From a bacterium (GTDB taxonomy: Bacteria > Actinomycetota > Acidimicrobiia > Acidimicrobiales > CATQHL01), in the NCBI GenBank assembly GCA_026706565.1, contig JAPOYM010000106.1, forward strand, positions 1-59,212: a DNA stretch of 59,212 bases, given 5' to 3'. The notes beneath the pieces are model-generated. The model was not told where the DNA came from. It saw only the letters and a list, made by a program, of their open reading frames with translations, and did not search any database. Below are positions 42,173 to 51,261 of this stretch, piece after piece; the first letter of the stretch is position 1; each line of letters begins with the position of its first letter. A program made the translations under genes and the position numbers.

Positions 42173-42642
42173 GTCTCGCCGCTCGGTTCTCGCCTGTGCC
42201 TTGTCATTGCCGTCCGCGACCCTAAACGAGACCGGCGGGGGGGCTCAACAACACCCGGCCGAACCCCGGTCCCGAATAGACGACGCCCCGCCGAGGGGGG
42301 GACTTCGACGGGGCGTCCATTCACCATCACGGCAGGCTGTGCCGGGGGTGAATTCCTGTGCCGCTGGTACGGCAAATTGTGACGGGCAGGCTAACGAGCC
42401 CGCGCCGCGCCCTCGCCGCCGGAGGTGTGACATCGGCCACAGCAGGTGATCCGCCGCGGCGCGGCCGGAACCACGTGGGGTCCCGATTGGCCGGATGGAC
42501 CGCGAAGGGTGTACACTAGGCGTCGCGACCATGTCGTCCTTCGGAGGGGATGGCGGGTCTGGAGAGAATCTCGCTGATCCCGGCTGCTCCAACAGTCCCA
42601 GGCCCGCCCCCTCCACCGCAAGCCCGCTCGCAGGAGATCCGG

Positions 42643-42717
42643 TGGGCGCTGGCGGACTCGAACCGCCGACCTCTTCCTTGTAAGGGAAGCGCTCTGGACC
42701 AACTGAGCTAAGCGCCC
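42643..42717 (-). tRNA. tRNA-Val (anticodon TAC)
   Basis: Folded by hand: acceptor GGGCGCT/AGCGCCC, D stem GCTC/GAGC, anticodon stem CTTCC/GGAAG with loop CTTACAA, T arm GGCGG-TTCGAGT-CCGCC, discriminator A. CCA is not encoded. Confidence 0.92.
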
Positions 42718-42728
42718 GGAACCGCAGG

Positions 42729-43472
42729 CTACCCACCGCACGCCTCGCGCAAGTCGGCCAGCAGGCTCCCGGTGGCCGCCGCCAGCAAGCGCCGGCGGGC
42801 GCCCGCGTCGGTCGTCGTGAGTTCTCTGCCCGCGGCGTCCACGACCCGTCCACCGGCCTCCCGGCACACCAGCATCGCCCCGAGGTAGTCCCACGGTCCG
42901 TGCGAATGGCAGTCCACGAAACCGTCGAGGCGACCGTCGGCCACGGCGCACAGATCCAGCGCGGCTGCGCCGAGCGCCCGGTACTGGCGCCAGCGCAGGT
43001 GCCGGGGCGGGTAACCGGAGAGACCGATGAGTGCCTCGGACAGGCTGCCGACCGACGAGGGCCGGACCGGCCGGCCGTCCCGGCGGGCCCCGCCGCCGCG
43101 GGTCGCGCTGTAGCGCTCACCGGAGGCCAGGTTCACCACCAGCGCCGCGAGCGCCCCCCGGTCGTCCACCGCGCAGAAACTCGTGGCATACCAGGGGATG
43201 CCCTGCGCCGCGTTGGTGGATCCGTCCAGGGGGTCGAGTACCACGATCACGGGACGGTCCTCGCCCTGTAGCCCGGACTCCTCGCTGCAGACCCCCAGTC
43301 CGGCCTCCAGCAGCGCTTCGGTCGCCACCTCGTCGGCGACGATGTCCGAGCGGTGCTGGCCGGGCCGGGTTCCTGCCGCTCCCCAGTTCGTCAGCGACGC
43401 CAAGGCATCGCTCACAGCGCGGGCGGTCTCCGCGAACAGCGACAGCAGGTCCTCCGGCGCGATGGCTGCCAC
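42729..43472 (-). CDS. Inositol monophosphatase family protein (SuhB/CysQ/HisN-like)
   Basis: SEESG, VLDPLDGSTNA, WDYLGAMLVCREAGG. The start is set at GTG 43472 (VAAIAPEDLL); the track starts at 43607. Confidence 0.85.
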   Translation of the reverse strand: MAAIAPEDLLSLFAETARAVSDALASLTNWGAAGTRPGQHRSDIVADEVATEALLEAGLGVCSEESGLQGEDRPVIVVLDPLDGSTNAAQGIPWYATSFCAVDDRGALAALVVNLASGERYSATRGGGARRDGRPVRPSSVGSLSEALIGLSGYPPRHLRWRQYRALGAAALDLCAVADGRLDGFVDCHSHGPWDYLGAMLVCREAGGRVVDAAGRELTTTDAGARRRLLAAATGSLLADLREACGG

Positions 43473-43566
43473 GCTAGGCCGACTCCGGGCACTCGGGTAC
43501 CCAGTACTGACAGGTAGGGTGGTCCCGCCCCAACGCCAGCGATCCCACACGCCGAGGAGCCGTCCA

Positions 43567-44130
43567 TTGTCCATCGTCGACTTTCCCGGATTCGTCACCG
43601 ACCTCAAATTCCATGCGGCCGAAGGGGGGTTCCACTACCACGAGGATCACCACTGCATCGACATCACCACGGGACGTCAGTGGTGGGAGATCCACCTCCA
43701 TCCGGATTACGACTGCGATGGGCCCTTGGAGTTGCACATCCTCGCCGACCTGGACCCGAGGGTTCAGATCGCCTTCGAGGACGAGGTGAACAAGCGGCCC
43801 GAGGACGCGGAGTGGCCGGAGGAGGGGTTCGACCTGATCCTGCGCTTCCACTGGCGGATGCCGCCGCTGCCCAACAGCCCCAACCTGCTGGAGTTGGCCA
43901 CCGAACTCTCCGCCATCGGCGGAACGGCGCTTCCCGTCCACGTCTGGGCGGCGGACACCATCGCCACGGTCACCGACGACGTCGCCAGGTCCGTGCACGT
44001 GGAATCGGAGCGGTCGGTGCCGCTGGCACATCTGGTCGGTGAGCACGACTTCCTCGACGAGACGTTCGGTCTGATCGGCACCGTCACCCGCTACCTGCAC
44101 GATCGGGCGCCCGCCTGGCTAGGCGAGTGA
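43567..44130 (+). CDS. Hypothetical acidic protein (start uncertain)
   Basis: This is the 3' part of ORF 43183..44130; the 5' part is antisense to the IMPase gene. The translation is protein-like: FHYHEDHHCIDITTGRQWWEIHLHPDYDCDGPLELHILADLDPRVQIAFEDE... I recognise no family. The first in-frame start clear of the IMPase gene is TTG 43567. Confidence 0.45.
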   Translation: MSIVDFPGFVTDLKFHAAEGGFHYHEDHHCIDITTGRQWWEIHLHPDYDCDGPLELHILADLDPRVQIAFEDEVNKRPEDAEWPEEGFDLILRFHWRMPPLPNSPNLLELATELSAIGGTALPVHVWAADTIATVTDDVARSVHVESERSVPLAHLVGEHDFLDETFGLIGTVTRYLHDRAPAWLGE

Positions 44131-44176
44131 CCCGCCGCGGCGCGGTTGCCGAGGCCCGGATCCGCACCTCGGGCCG

Positions 44177-44249
44177 TGGGCTCGGTGGGGATCGAACCCA
44201 CGACCGAACGATTATGAGTCGTCTGCTCTGACCACTGAGCTACGAGCCC
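44177..44249 (-). tRNA. tRNA-Met (anticodon CAT; elongator-type, but a lysidine-modified tRNA-Ile2 cannot be excluded)
   Basis: Acceptor GGGCTCG/CGAGCCC, D arm GCTC-AGTGGTCA-GAGC, anticodon loop CTCATAA, T arm GTGGG-TTCGATC-CCCAC. Confidence 0.9.
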
Positions 44250-44330
44250 GAGGACAACCTATCCCGCGGGCCGGTCCCCCCGGTTCCCCCCACCCAGCGC
44301 CCGTCCGATAGCGCCCGTCTGATCCTCAGG

Positions 44331-44403
44331 CTCCGGGGGTGGGGCTCGAACCCACGACCAACGGCTTAACAGGCCGGCGCTCTGCCAACTGAGCTACCCC
44401 GGA
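44331..44403 (-). tRNA. tRNA-Asn (anticodon GTT)
   Basis: Acceptor TCCGGGG/CCCCGGA, anticodon loop CTGTTAA, T arm GTGGG-TTCGAGC-CCCAC, discriminator G. There is one mismatch at the top of the anticodon stem. Confidence 0.88.
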
Positions 44404-44432
44404 TCGCGCCGCGAGGATACCAGCGGCAGACC

Positions 44433-45353
44433 TCAGGACTCCCTCATCAGCTCCCGCAGTTCGTCACCCAGGCCGCTGCGGCGCAGCCGGGACAACGTCC
44501 GGGCCTCGATCTGGCGGAGCCGCTCCTTCGTGACGCCGAACTGGCCGCTCAGCTCGGCCAGGGTGCGGATGCGGCCGTCCACGAGCCCGAAACGCAGGCG
44601 CAGGAGCTGTCGGACGCGATCGTCGCCCACCGAGGCGAGCGCCCCCTCCACCGCTTCCCGCACGGCCGCGCCGTGCAGGCGCTCGAGCACCAGATCGTCG
44701 GGTCCGGAGTCCGGGCCGTCGGACAGCAGGTCGCTCAACGGCACCTCCTCGCCCACGGGCGCCTCGAGCGAGACCGGCGAGGCGCGGAGCCCGCGGATCC
44801 GGGCCACCTGTTCGGGGGCGACGTCGCAGCGGCGGGCCAACTCGGCCACCGTCGGCACTCGGTGGTGCTCCTGCTCGAACTGCTGCTCGGCCTTGTAGAT
44901 CTGCGTCGCTAGGGCCGAGAGGTGGGCCGGCATGCGCACGGCGCCGCCCTGGTCGGTGATGGCGGAGAGCATGGCGCTGCGGATCCACGAACCGGCGTAG
45001 GTCGAGAACCGCCATCCCTCGTCGGGCCGGTAGCGGGTGGCCGCGGCCAGCAGCCCCACGTTGCCCTCCTGGACCAGATCGGCGAACGGCACCCCGCGGC
45101 CCTGGTAGCCGCGTGCGAGGTACACCACGAGGCGGAGGTTCGCCTCGGTCAGGCGCCGCCGCGCCGCCTCGCCGTCGCGCGCCTGGCGCTGCAGGTCGAC
45201 GCGGCGGGCCGCCTCGAGATCCTCCTCGGCGTCGAGGGCCGCCTGCGCCGCGATGCCCGCCTGCACTCTGCGGCCGAGGTCGCTCTCCTCCTCCGCGCTC
45301 AGCTGCGCCACGCGGCCGATGTCGCTGAGGTAGGTCGTGAACCCTTCGGTCAT
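44433..45353 (-). CDS. Sigma-70 family RNA polymerase sigma factor (short, lacks region 1.1)
   Basis: 306 aa. YLSDIGRVAQLSAEEE, NLRLVVYLARGY..GVPFADLVQEGNVGLL.A..RY (region 2), TLAELSGQFGVTKERLRQIEARTLSRLR (region 4). ATGA overlap with the dnaG stop. Confidence 0.9.
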   Translation of the reverse strand: MTEGFTTYLSDIGRVAQLSAEEESDLGRRVQAGIAAQAALDAEEDLEAARRVDLQRQARDGEAARRRLTEANLRLVVYLARGYQGRGVPFADLVQEGNVGLLAAATRYRPDEGWRFSTYAGSWIRSAMLSAITDQGGAVRMPAHLSALATQIYKAEQQFEQEHHRVPTVAELARRCDVAPEQVARIRGLRASPVSLEAPVGEEVPLSDLLSDGPDSGPDDLVLERLHGAAVREAVEGALASVGDDRVRQLLRLRFGLVDGRIRTLAELSGQFGVTKERLRQIEARTLSRLRRSGLGDELRELMRES

Positions 45354-47206
45354 CGGAGGCTCTCCATGGCGCCGGACAGGTCCTCGGCCTCGGGCGCCTC
45401 CTCGGCCCCCTCGGCACCGCCGGAGGGTCCGTCCAGCAGGCCCGCCAACCGCTCGGCTGCCGCCGGAGACCAGTCGCTCGCCAGCAGCTCGTCGCGCGCG
45501 AGCTGCGTCTCGGCCAAGCGGCGGCCCAGTGCAGCGTCGCCGCTGCGGCGAGCCTCCCGGGCGAGGGCGGCGATCCGGCGCGTCGCAGCGTTGTAGACGA
45601 ACTGGCCGATTACCGCGTCCGCGTTCTGCGGCGGTTCACAGACCGCTAGGCGAGCCACCGACGCGGCGGCCTCGTCGCCTGCCGCGTCCTGCAGGTCACG
45701 TAGCGACGCCCCGCGGGCCAGCGCCGTGAAGATCCGCCGTTCGATGTCGGACTCGAAGAGCCGGGCAGTCATCCAGCCGGGAACCTCCGCTGGGGCATGG
45801 ACGCGCAGCAGAAGGACCTGCTCGGCGATGCTGGGGTCGGCGGGCTCGTCGCTGCGGGCCCCGGAGGGTCCGCCGCCCCCCGAGGCGCGGCGGCCGCGGG
45901 CGGCGCGGTAGCGCTCAACGGTCGGGCGCAGCAGGTCGGGATCCAGCTTGCACCTGTCGGCCACGGTCACCAGGTAACGGTCGCGCACGATCTCGCTGGG
46001 GTGCTCGTCCAGCGCCGCGAGGGCCGCGTCGGCGAAGCGCACGCGCCCTTGGGCCGTCGCCCCCTCGACTCCTTCGAGCGCCCTGTCGATGCGGTAGTCG
46101 AGGAACGACCGGGGCTCCTCCAGCTTCTGGCGCAGCTCCTCCGGCGCCCGGCGCGCCAAGTCGTCGGGGTCGGCGCCTTCGGGCAGCTCGGCCACGAACA
46201 CGTCGAGTCCGTGGCTGCTCTCCCAGTGGTAGATGCGCTCGGCGGCCGCGGCGCCGGCGGCGTCGGCGTCGAAGGCCAGCAGGATCCGCTTGGTGAAGCG
46301 GCTGAGGATCTTGACGTGATCCTCGGTGAGGGCGGTGCCGCATGTGGCGACCGCGTGGGGCCACCCAGCCCCACGGAGCCCGATCACGTCGGTGTAGCCC
46401 TCGCAGACGATCACCTCGCCCTCCCCGTCGCGTGCGCGCACGACGGCATCCTTGGCCCAGTTCAGCCCGTAGAGCAAGCGGCTCTTGACGTACAGGGGGG
46501 ACTCGGGGGTGTTCTTGTACTTGGGTCCCGCCCGCTCGTCGTCTCCGGGCAGGATGCGCCCGCCGAAGCCCACCGGGTCGCCCCGCACGTCGAAGACCGG
46601 GAACAGCACTCGGGCCCGGAAGGTGTCGTTGAGGCCGTCGCGCTTGTTGCGGTACGCCAGCCCGGCGTCGACCAGCGCCGCAGGGGGGACCTGCTGACGC
46701 AGGGCGCGGCTCAGGGCGTCCCAGTCGCGCGGCGCCCAGCCCAGCTTGAACGCCCGCACCTGCTCGCCGTCGATTCCCCGCGAGCGCAGATAGCCGCGGG
46801 CCGCCCCGGCGTCGGCGTGGCGCAGGAGGCGCTCGTGATACCACTCCACAGCCGCCGCGACCACTTCGACCAGCTTCTTGCGGCGCCCGCTCTGAGCGGC
46901 CTCTCCCTTGTCGTCGTATCTGAGGGTGATGCCGGCCCGGGCGGCCAGCACCTCCACGCCGGCGGCGAAGTCGAGGCCCTCGGTCTCGCGGACGAACGTG
47001 ATGGCGTCGCCGGAGGCGCCGCAGCCGAAGCAGTAGTAGAGGCCCTCCTCGGCGTTGACCGAGAAGGATGGGGTCTTCTCGTTGTGGAAGGGGCAGAGTC
47101 CCTGCCAACGCCTGCCCGCCTTGCGCAGCGCCACGGTCGCGCTGATGAGGCGCACGACGTCGGTGGCCTCCCGGACACGGGCCACGTCCTCGGCCAGGAT
47201 GACCAC
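45350..47206 (-). CDS. dnaG: DNA primase
   Basis: CPFHNEKTPSFSVNAEEGLYYCFGCGASGD zinc ribbon, EGYTDV Toprim, FDADAAG. Confidence 0.95.
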   Translation of the reverse strand: MVILAEDVARVREATDVVRLISATVALRKAGRRWQGLCPFHNEKTPSFSVNAEEGLYYCFGCGASGDAITFVRETEGLDFAAGVEVLAARAGITLRYDDKGEAAQSGRRKKLVEVVAAAVEWYHERLLRHADAGAARGYLRSRGIDGEQVRAFKLGWAPRDWDALSRALRQQVPPAALVDAGLAYRNKRDGLNDTFRARVLFPVFDVRGDPVGFGGRILPGDDERAGPKYKNTPESPLYVKSRLLYGLNWAKDAVVRARDGEGEVIVCEGYTDVIGLRGAGWPHAVATCGTALTEDHVKILSRFTKRILLAFDADAAGAAAAERIYHWESSHGLDVFVAELPEGADPDDLARRAPEELRQKLEEPRSFLDYRIDRALEGVEGATAQGRVRFADAALAALDEHPSEIVRDRYLVTVADRCKLDPDLLRPTVERYRAARGRRASGGGGPSGARSDEPADPSIAEQVLLLRVHAPAEVPGWMTARLFESDIERRIFTALARGASLRDLQDAAGDEAAASVARLAVCEPPQNADAVIGQFVYNAATRRIAALAREARRSGDAALGRRLAETQLARDELLASDWSPAAAERLAGLLDGPSGGAEGAEEAPEAEDLSGAMESLR

Positions 47207-47331
47207 TCTCAGCCTCCGCAGGCGCCCGGACCAGCCGCGACCGGCGCCAGCAGCGGGCGGGAGTGGTCCATGGCGGCAAGTTACCAGCCGTCATTTTCCC
47301 CGGCGCACGCCACTACGGACGCCGGGGCGGC

Positions 47332-48702
47332 TCAGGCGAGCCGTTCGTGCAGGTAACCCGGCAGGTCGGCTATCGCTAGACGGTCCTGGGCCATCGAATC
47401 CCGCTCGCGCACGGTCACGGCGTCGTCCTGCAGGGTCTCGAAGTCGACCGTCACGCAGTACGGGGTTCCCAGCTCGTCCTGGCGGCGGTAGCGGCGGCCG
47501 ATGGACTGCGTCACGTCGAAGTCCACCATCCAGTGGGGCGTCAGCCGGCCGAGGACCTCCCGGGCCCGCTCGATGAGGTGCTCCTTCTTCGAGAGCGGCA
47601 GCACCGCGGCCTGGTAGGGGGCGAGACGATGGTGCAGGCGGAGCACGGTGCGGGTCTCGCCGCGCACCTCCTCGGTGTCGTAGGCCGCCAGCAGGAAGGC
47701 CATGAGGGCCCGCGTCGCCCCCGCCGCAGGCTCGATCACGTGCGGCACGAAGCGCTCGTCGGTGGCGGGGTCGGAGTGTTCCAGCGTCTGGCCGGAGTGC
47801 TCGGCGTGGCGTCGCAGGTCGTAGTCGGTCCGGTTCGCCACACCCTCCAACTCCCCCCAGCCCCACGGGTAGCGGAACTCCACGTCGGAGGTGGCGTCGG
47901 AGTAGTGGCTGCGCTCCTCTGGGCCGTGCTCGCGCAGCCGCAGCAGGCGACGGGGAATGCCGAGGTCGGCGTACCACCCCAGCCGCTCGGCGCACCAGTA
48001 CTCGTACCAGCGCGCCGCCTCGTCGGGAGGCACGAAGAACTCCAGCTCCATCTGCTCGAACTCCCGCGTGCGGAAGATGAAGTTGCCGGGGGTGATCTCG
48101 TTGCGGAACGATTTGCCGATCTGCGCGATGCCGAACGGGGGCCGCAGCCGGCACGCCCGCTGCACGTTGGCGAAGTTCATGAAGGCGCCTTGGGCGGTCT
48201 CAGGCCGCAGGTAGACCTCGGCGCCGGTCTCGACCACCGGGCCGGCGTGGGTGCGGAACATGAGGTTGAACTGGCGGGGCTCGCTGAGGCTTCCCGCCCT
48301 CCCGCACTCGGGGCAGCGCTGCGGGTCCTCGAGTTGGTCCTCCCGGTGGCGGCGCCCGCAGCCGCGGCACTCCACTAGCGGGTCGGTGAAGCTCTCGAGG
48401 TGGCCCGAAGCCTCCCAGACGGCCGGGGGCGACAGGACGGCGGCGTCGATCCCCACCACGTCGGGGCGCATCTGCACGACCGAGCGCCACCAGGCCTCCT
48501 TCACGTTGCGCAGCATCAGGACCCCGACCGGGCCGTAGTCGTAGGCGGACCGGAACCCGCCGTAGATCTCCGCCGACTGGAAGACGAAGCCCCGCCGCTT
48601 GCAGAGGTTCACCACGGCGTTCAGGCGTTCGCTGTCGCTGCCGGAGGCGCTCTCGGACGTCGTGGTGTCGGGCTGCGGCGCTGAGGGGTCTGTCCCGGGC
48701 AC
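47332..48702 (-). CDS. glyQS: Glycine--tRNA ligase (dimeric class II type)
   Basis: RRGFVFQSAEIYGGFRSAYDYGPVG, FRNEITPGNFIFRTREFEQMELEFF, and the C-terminal anticodon-binding domain. Confidence 0.95.
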   Translation of the reverse strand: MPGTDPSAPQPDTTTSESASGSDSERLNAVVNLCKRRGFVFQSAEIYGGFRSAYDYGPVGVLMLRNVKEAWWRSVVQMRPDVVGIDAAVLSPPAVWEASGHLESFTDPLVECRGCGRRHREDQLEDPQRCPECGRAGSLSEPRQFNLMFRTHAGPVVETGAEVYLRPETAQGAFMNFANVQRACRLRPPFGIAQIGKSFRNEITPGNFIFRTREFEQMELEFFVPPDEAARWYEYWCAERLGWYADLGIPRRLLRLREHGPEERSHYSDATSDVEFRYPWGWGELEGVANRTDYDLRRHAEHSGQTLEHSDPATDERFVPHVIEPAAGATRALMAFLLAAYDTEEVRGETRTVLRLHHRLAPYQAAVLPLSKKEHLIERAREVLGRLTPHWMVDFDVTQSIGRRYRRQDELGTPYCVTVDFETLQDDAVTVRERDSMAQDRLAIADLPGYLHERLA

Positions 48703-48711
48703 GCCCGCAGG

Positions 48712-49509
48712 CTACCGGCGCGGGTGGCGCCCCCTCGCCTTGTGGCGCTCCGGCGCGGCGACGGCGCCGAGCAGCGGCGGGACGCGCAGCCGCCGCTCGA
48801 TGTGCTGCTCGAGCACCGCCACGGCCAGTCGCTCCACCGCCTCAGCGGCGGCCGAGGGGGGACGCGACAGCGCCGCCGCTAGCTGCCCTCCTAAGACTTC
48901 CCGCAGGATCGCCACGGTCTCCTCGTCGACCGCCGTCGCCGCAGCGGGCCGGCAGGGACCGCAGGTGAGCCCGCCGTGGGCGACGTCGATAGCGACGAGC
49001 GCGTCGCCGTGGCCGCAGTACACGCAGCCCTCGGCGCTCGGCGCCACACCTTCGAGCTGCGCCAGCCGCCACAGGAAGGCGCCGACGCTGAGCGCCGACG
49101 GGTGCGTTCGCAGCGAGCGCAGACCCCGCAGCAGCCTGTCGTGCAGCTCGGGGCTCGGCGTGTACTCCAGCGCCAAGCGCTCGACGGCCTCCAACATGGC
49201 CATGGCCCGGCTGATGAGCCCCAAGTCCTCCCGCAGCGCTGCGAACTGCTCGACGCCGCCGGCGCTGTCGGCGCCCGTGATGGTGTCCAGCTCGCCCCTT
49301 CCCCGCCACAACGAGACGTTGACGCAGCTCGCCGGCTCGAGGCGCGACCCGAAACGGCTGCGGGTCCGGCGCACCCCCTTCGCCACGCCGCGGATCTTGC
49401 CGTGGTCGCGCCCCAACAGCACGACGATCCGGTCGGCCTCGCCCAAGCGATAGGTCCGCAGCACCACCGCTTCGTCGCGGTAGGGCCCCGTCCAGTCAGG
49501 CGCGCCCAC
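48712..49509 (-). CDS. recO: DNA repair protein RecO
   Basis: YRDEAVVLRTYRLGEADRIVVLLGRDHGKIRGVAKGVRR (OB fold), and the zinc motif C..CG...C..C. Confidence 0.9.
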   Translation of the reverse strand: MGAPDWTGPYRDEAVVLRTYRLGEADRIVVLLGRDHGKIRGVAKGVRRTRSRFGSRLEPASCVNVSLWRGRGELDTITGADSAGGVEQFAALREDLGLISRAMAMLEAVERLALEYTPSPELHDRLLRGLRSLRTHPSALSVGAFLWRLAQLEGVAPSAEGCVYCGHGDALVAIDVAHGGLTCGPCRPAAATAVDEETVAILREVLGGQLAAALSRPPSAAAEAVERLAVAVLEQHIERRLRVPPLLGAVAAPERHKARGRHPRR

Positions 49510-49584
49510 GGCCCCGCCCGCTCGGCGCCTCGCCCTCTCGGGGCCAGCGAGCGGTCGCAGCGCCCCGGCGGCCCCACGGCGGCC

Positions 49585-50304
49585 TCATTGGTCCACCCCT
49601 CCGAAACGGCGCTCGCGCCGCTGGTACTCGGCTACGGCCTCGAACAGGTGCCGCCGGCTGAAGTCGGGCCACAGCACGTCCAGGAAGACCATCTCGCTGT
49701 AGGCCACCTGCCACAGCAGGAAGTTCGACAGCCGGTACTCGCCCGAGGTGCGGATGAAGAGATCCGGGTCGGGCATGTCGGGGGTGAAGAGGTGCGAGCC
49801 GACGGTGTCCTCGGTGATCTCGCCGGGCTGAATGCCCGCGGCCACTATCCGGCGCACCGCCTCGGTGATCTCGGCCCGGCCGCCGTAGTTGAAGGCCACC
49901 GTGAGCGTGAGGCGGCGGTTGGCGGCGGTGAGCTCGGCTGCGGTGTCCATCTCCTTGAGAAGGCCCCGGGCGAGGCGCCGGTCGCGCCCGCCGACGAAGC
50001 GCAAGCGGACGCCGCGGCGGTGCATCTCATCGCGTCGGGCGCCCAGGATGGAGCGGTTGAACTCCAGCAGGAAGCGCACCTCGCTGCGGGGCCGGCTCCA
50101 GTTCTCAGTCGAGAAGGCGTAGACGGTCAACCATTGCACGCCTATCTCCAACGCCCCGTCCACAGCGTCGAACAGCGCATCGAGTCCGGCCTCGTGTCCT
50201 GCGGTGCGCGGCAGGCCGCGGCGCTCCGCCCAGCGCCCGTTGCCGTCCATGACGCACGCCACATGCGCCGGCACGGCGGAGAGGTCTATGTCGGGGAGGC
50301 TCAT
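49585..50304 (-). CDS. uppS: Isoprenyl (undecaprenyl/decaprenyl) diphosphate synthase
   Basis: From ATG 50304: HVACVMDGNGRWA, TVYAFSTENWSRP, IRTSGEYRLSNFLLWQ. The longer ORF 49585..50961 is an N-terminal artefact. Confidence 0.92.
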   Translation of the reverse strand: MSLPDIDLSAVPAHVACVMDGNGRWAERRGLPRTAGHEAGLDALFDAVDGALEIGVQWLTVYAFSTENWSRPRSEVRFLLEFNRSILGARRDEMHRRGVRLRFVGGRDRRLARGLLKEMDTAAELTAANRRLTLTVAFNYGGRAEITEAVRRIVAAGIQPGEITEDTVGSHLFTPDMPDPDLFIRTSGEYRLSNFLLWQVAYSEMVFLDVLWPDFSRRHLFEAVAEYQRRERRFGGVDQ

Positions 50305-50378
50305 GGGGCACTCGGCGGCCAAGTCGGCTCGGCACCGTTCATCGATGCCATTTGTAGCAGTCGGCGCCTCGGCGCCGG

Positions 50379-51236
50379 TCAACCCTCGCAGTAGCGCTCG
50401 ACGGCGCTGGGCCGGTCCTGCCAGTCCCGGTCCACGGCGACGTGCAGTTCGAGGTAAGCGCCCGGCGGCAGCTGCCGGCGCACCCGCGTTCCCACCTGTT
50501 TGAGCACCTTGCCGCGGTGGCCGATCACGATGCGGCGCTGCGAGGCCCGCTCGACGAGGATCTCGCAGCGGATGCGCGGCCAGTGCCACTCGGTGACCCG
50601 CGTGGCGATGGCGTAAGGCAGCTCGTCGCGCACCACCGCTAGCAGCTGCTCGCGCACCAGCTCCGCCACGGCCGTCTCGTCGGGGACCGCGCTCACCGTC
50701 CCCTCGGGGTAGTAGGGAGGCCCCGGGGGCATGCGCTCGAGGAGGTGATCCACGAACGCCTCGACCCCCTCGCCTGTCCGCGCCGACAGCGGGAAGTACG
50801 CCTCCGCCGGCACCTGAGCGGTCCTCGCGAGCTGCTGGAGGATCCGCGCCGGCGCCGCCGCGTCGATCTTGTTGACGACCACCACGCCGTCGGCGGGGAG
50901 CTTGGCGGCCACGAAGCGGTCGCCGGGGCCGAAGGGCGCCGTGGCGTCGACCACCAGGCATGACACGTCAGAATCGACGAGGGCATCGGCGGCGGTGGCG
51001 TTCAGCCGGGCGCCCAGCGCAGTGCGCGGCTTGCCGATGCCGGGCGTGTCTACGAAGACGACCTGGACGCCGGGGCGGTGCAGGACGCCTTGGACGGCGC
51101 GCCGCGTGGTCTGCGGCTTGTCGCTGACGATGGAGACCTTCTCGCCGCACAGCCGGTTCAGCAGCGTGGACTTGCCGACGTTCGGCCGACCGGCGAGCGT
51201 CACGAAGCCAGACCGGAGGCCCTCCTCAGGTCTCAC
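50379..51236 (-). CDS. era: GTPase Era
   Basis: GFVTLAGRPNVGKSTLLN, DKPQTTR, DTPG, NKID, and a C-terminal KH domain. Confidence 0.95.
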   Translation of the reverse strand: MRPEEGLRSGFVTLAGRPNVGKSTLLNRLCGEKVSIVSDKPQTTRRAVQGVLHRPGVQVVFVDTPGIGKPRTALGARLNATAADALVDSDVSCLVVDATAPFGPGDRFVAAKLPADGVVVVNKIDAAAPARILQQLARTAQVPAEAYFPLSARTGEGVEAFVDHLLERMPPGPPYYPEGTVSAVPDETAVAELVREQLLAVVRDELPYAIATRVTEWHWPRIRCEILVERASQRRIVIGHRGKVLKQVGTRVRRQLPPGAYLELHVAVDRDWQDRPSAVERYCEG

Positions 51237-51261
51237 GCGGCGCCCCGGCCCCCGACCGGGC

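Noticed and set aside
42245-43120. 291-aa minus-strand ORF spanning tRNA-Val
   Set aside because: It reads straight through a well-folded tRNA gene and an off-frame part of the IMPase gene. The composition is not protein-like.
47201-47268. 8-bp inverted repeat gaccactc / gagtggtc around the dnaG start
   Set aside because: The stem is short and the loop is about 46 nt. This is within chance expectation for GC-rich DNA, so it is not reported as a regulatory element.
45797-47356. 519-aa plus-strand ORF
   Set aside because: It is antisense to dnaG; it is a shadow ORF.
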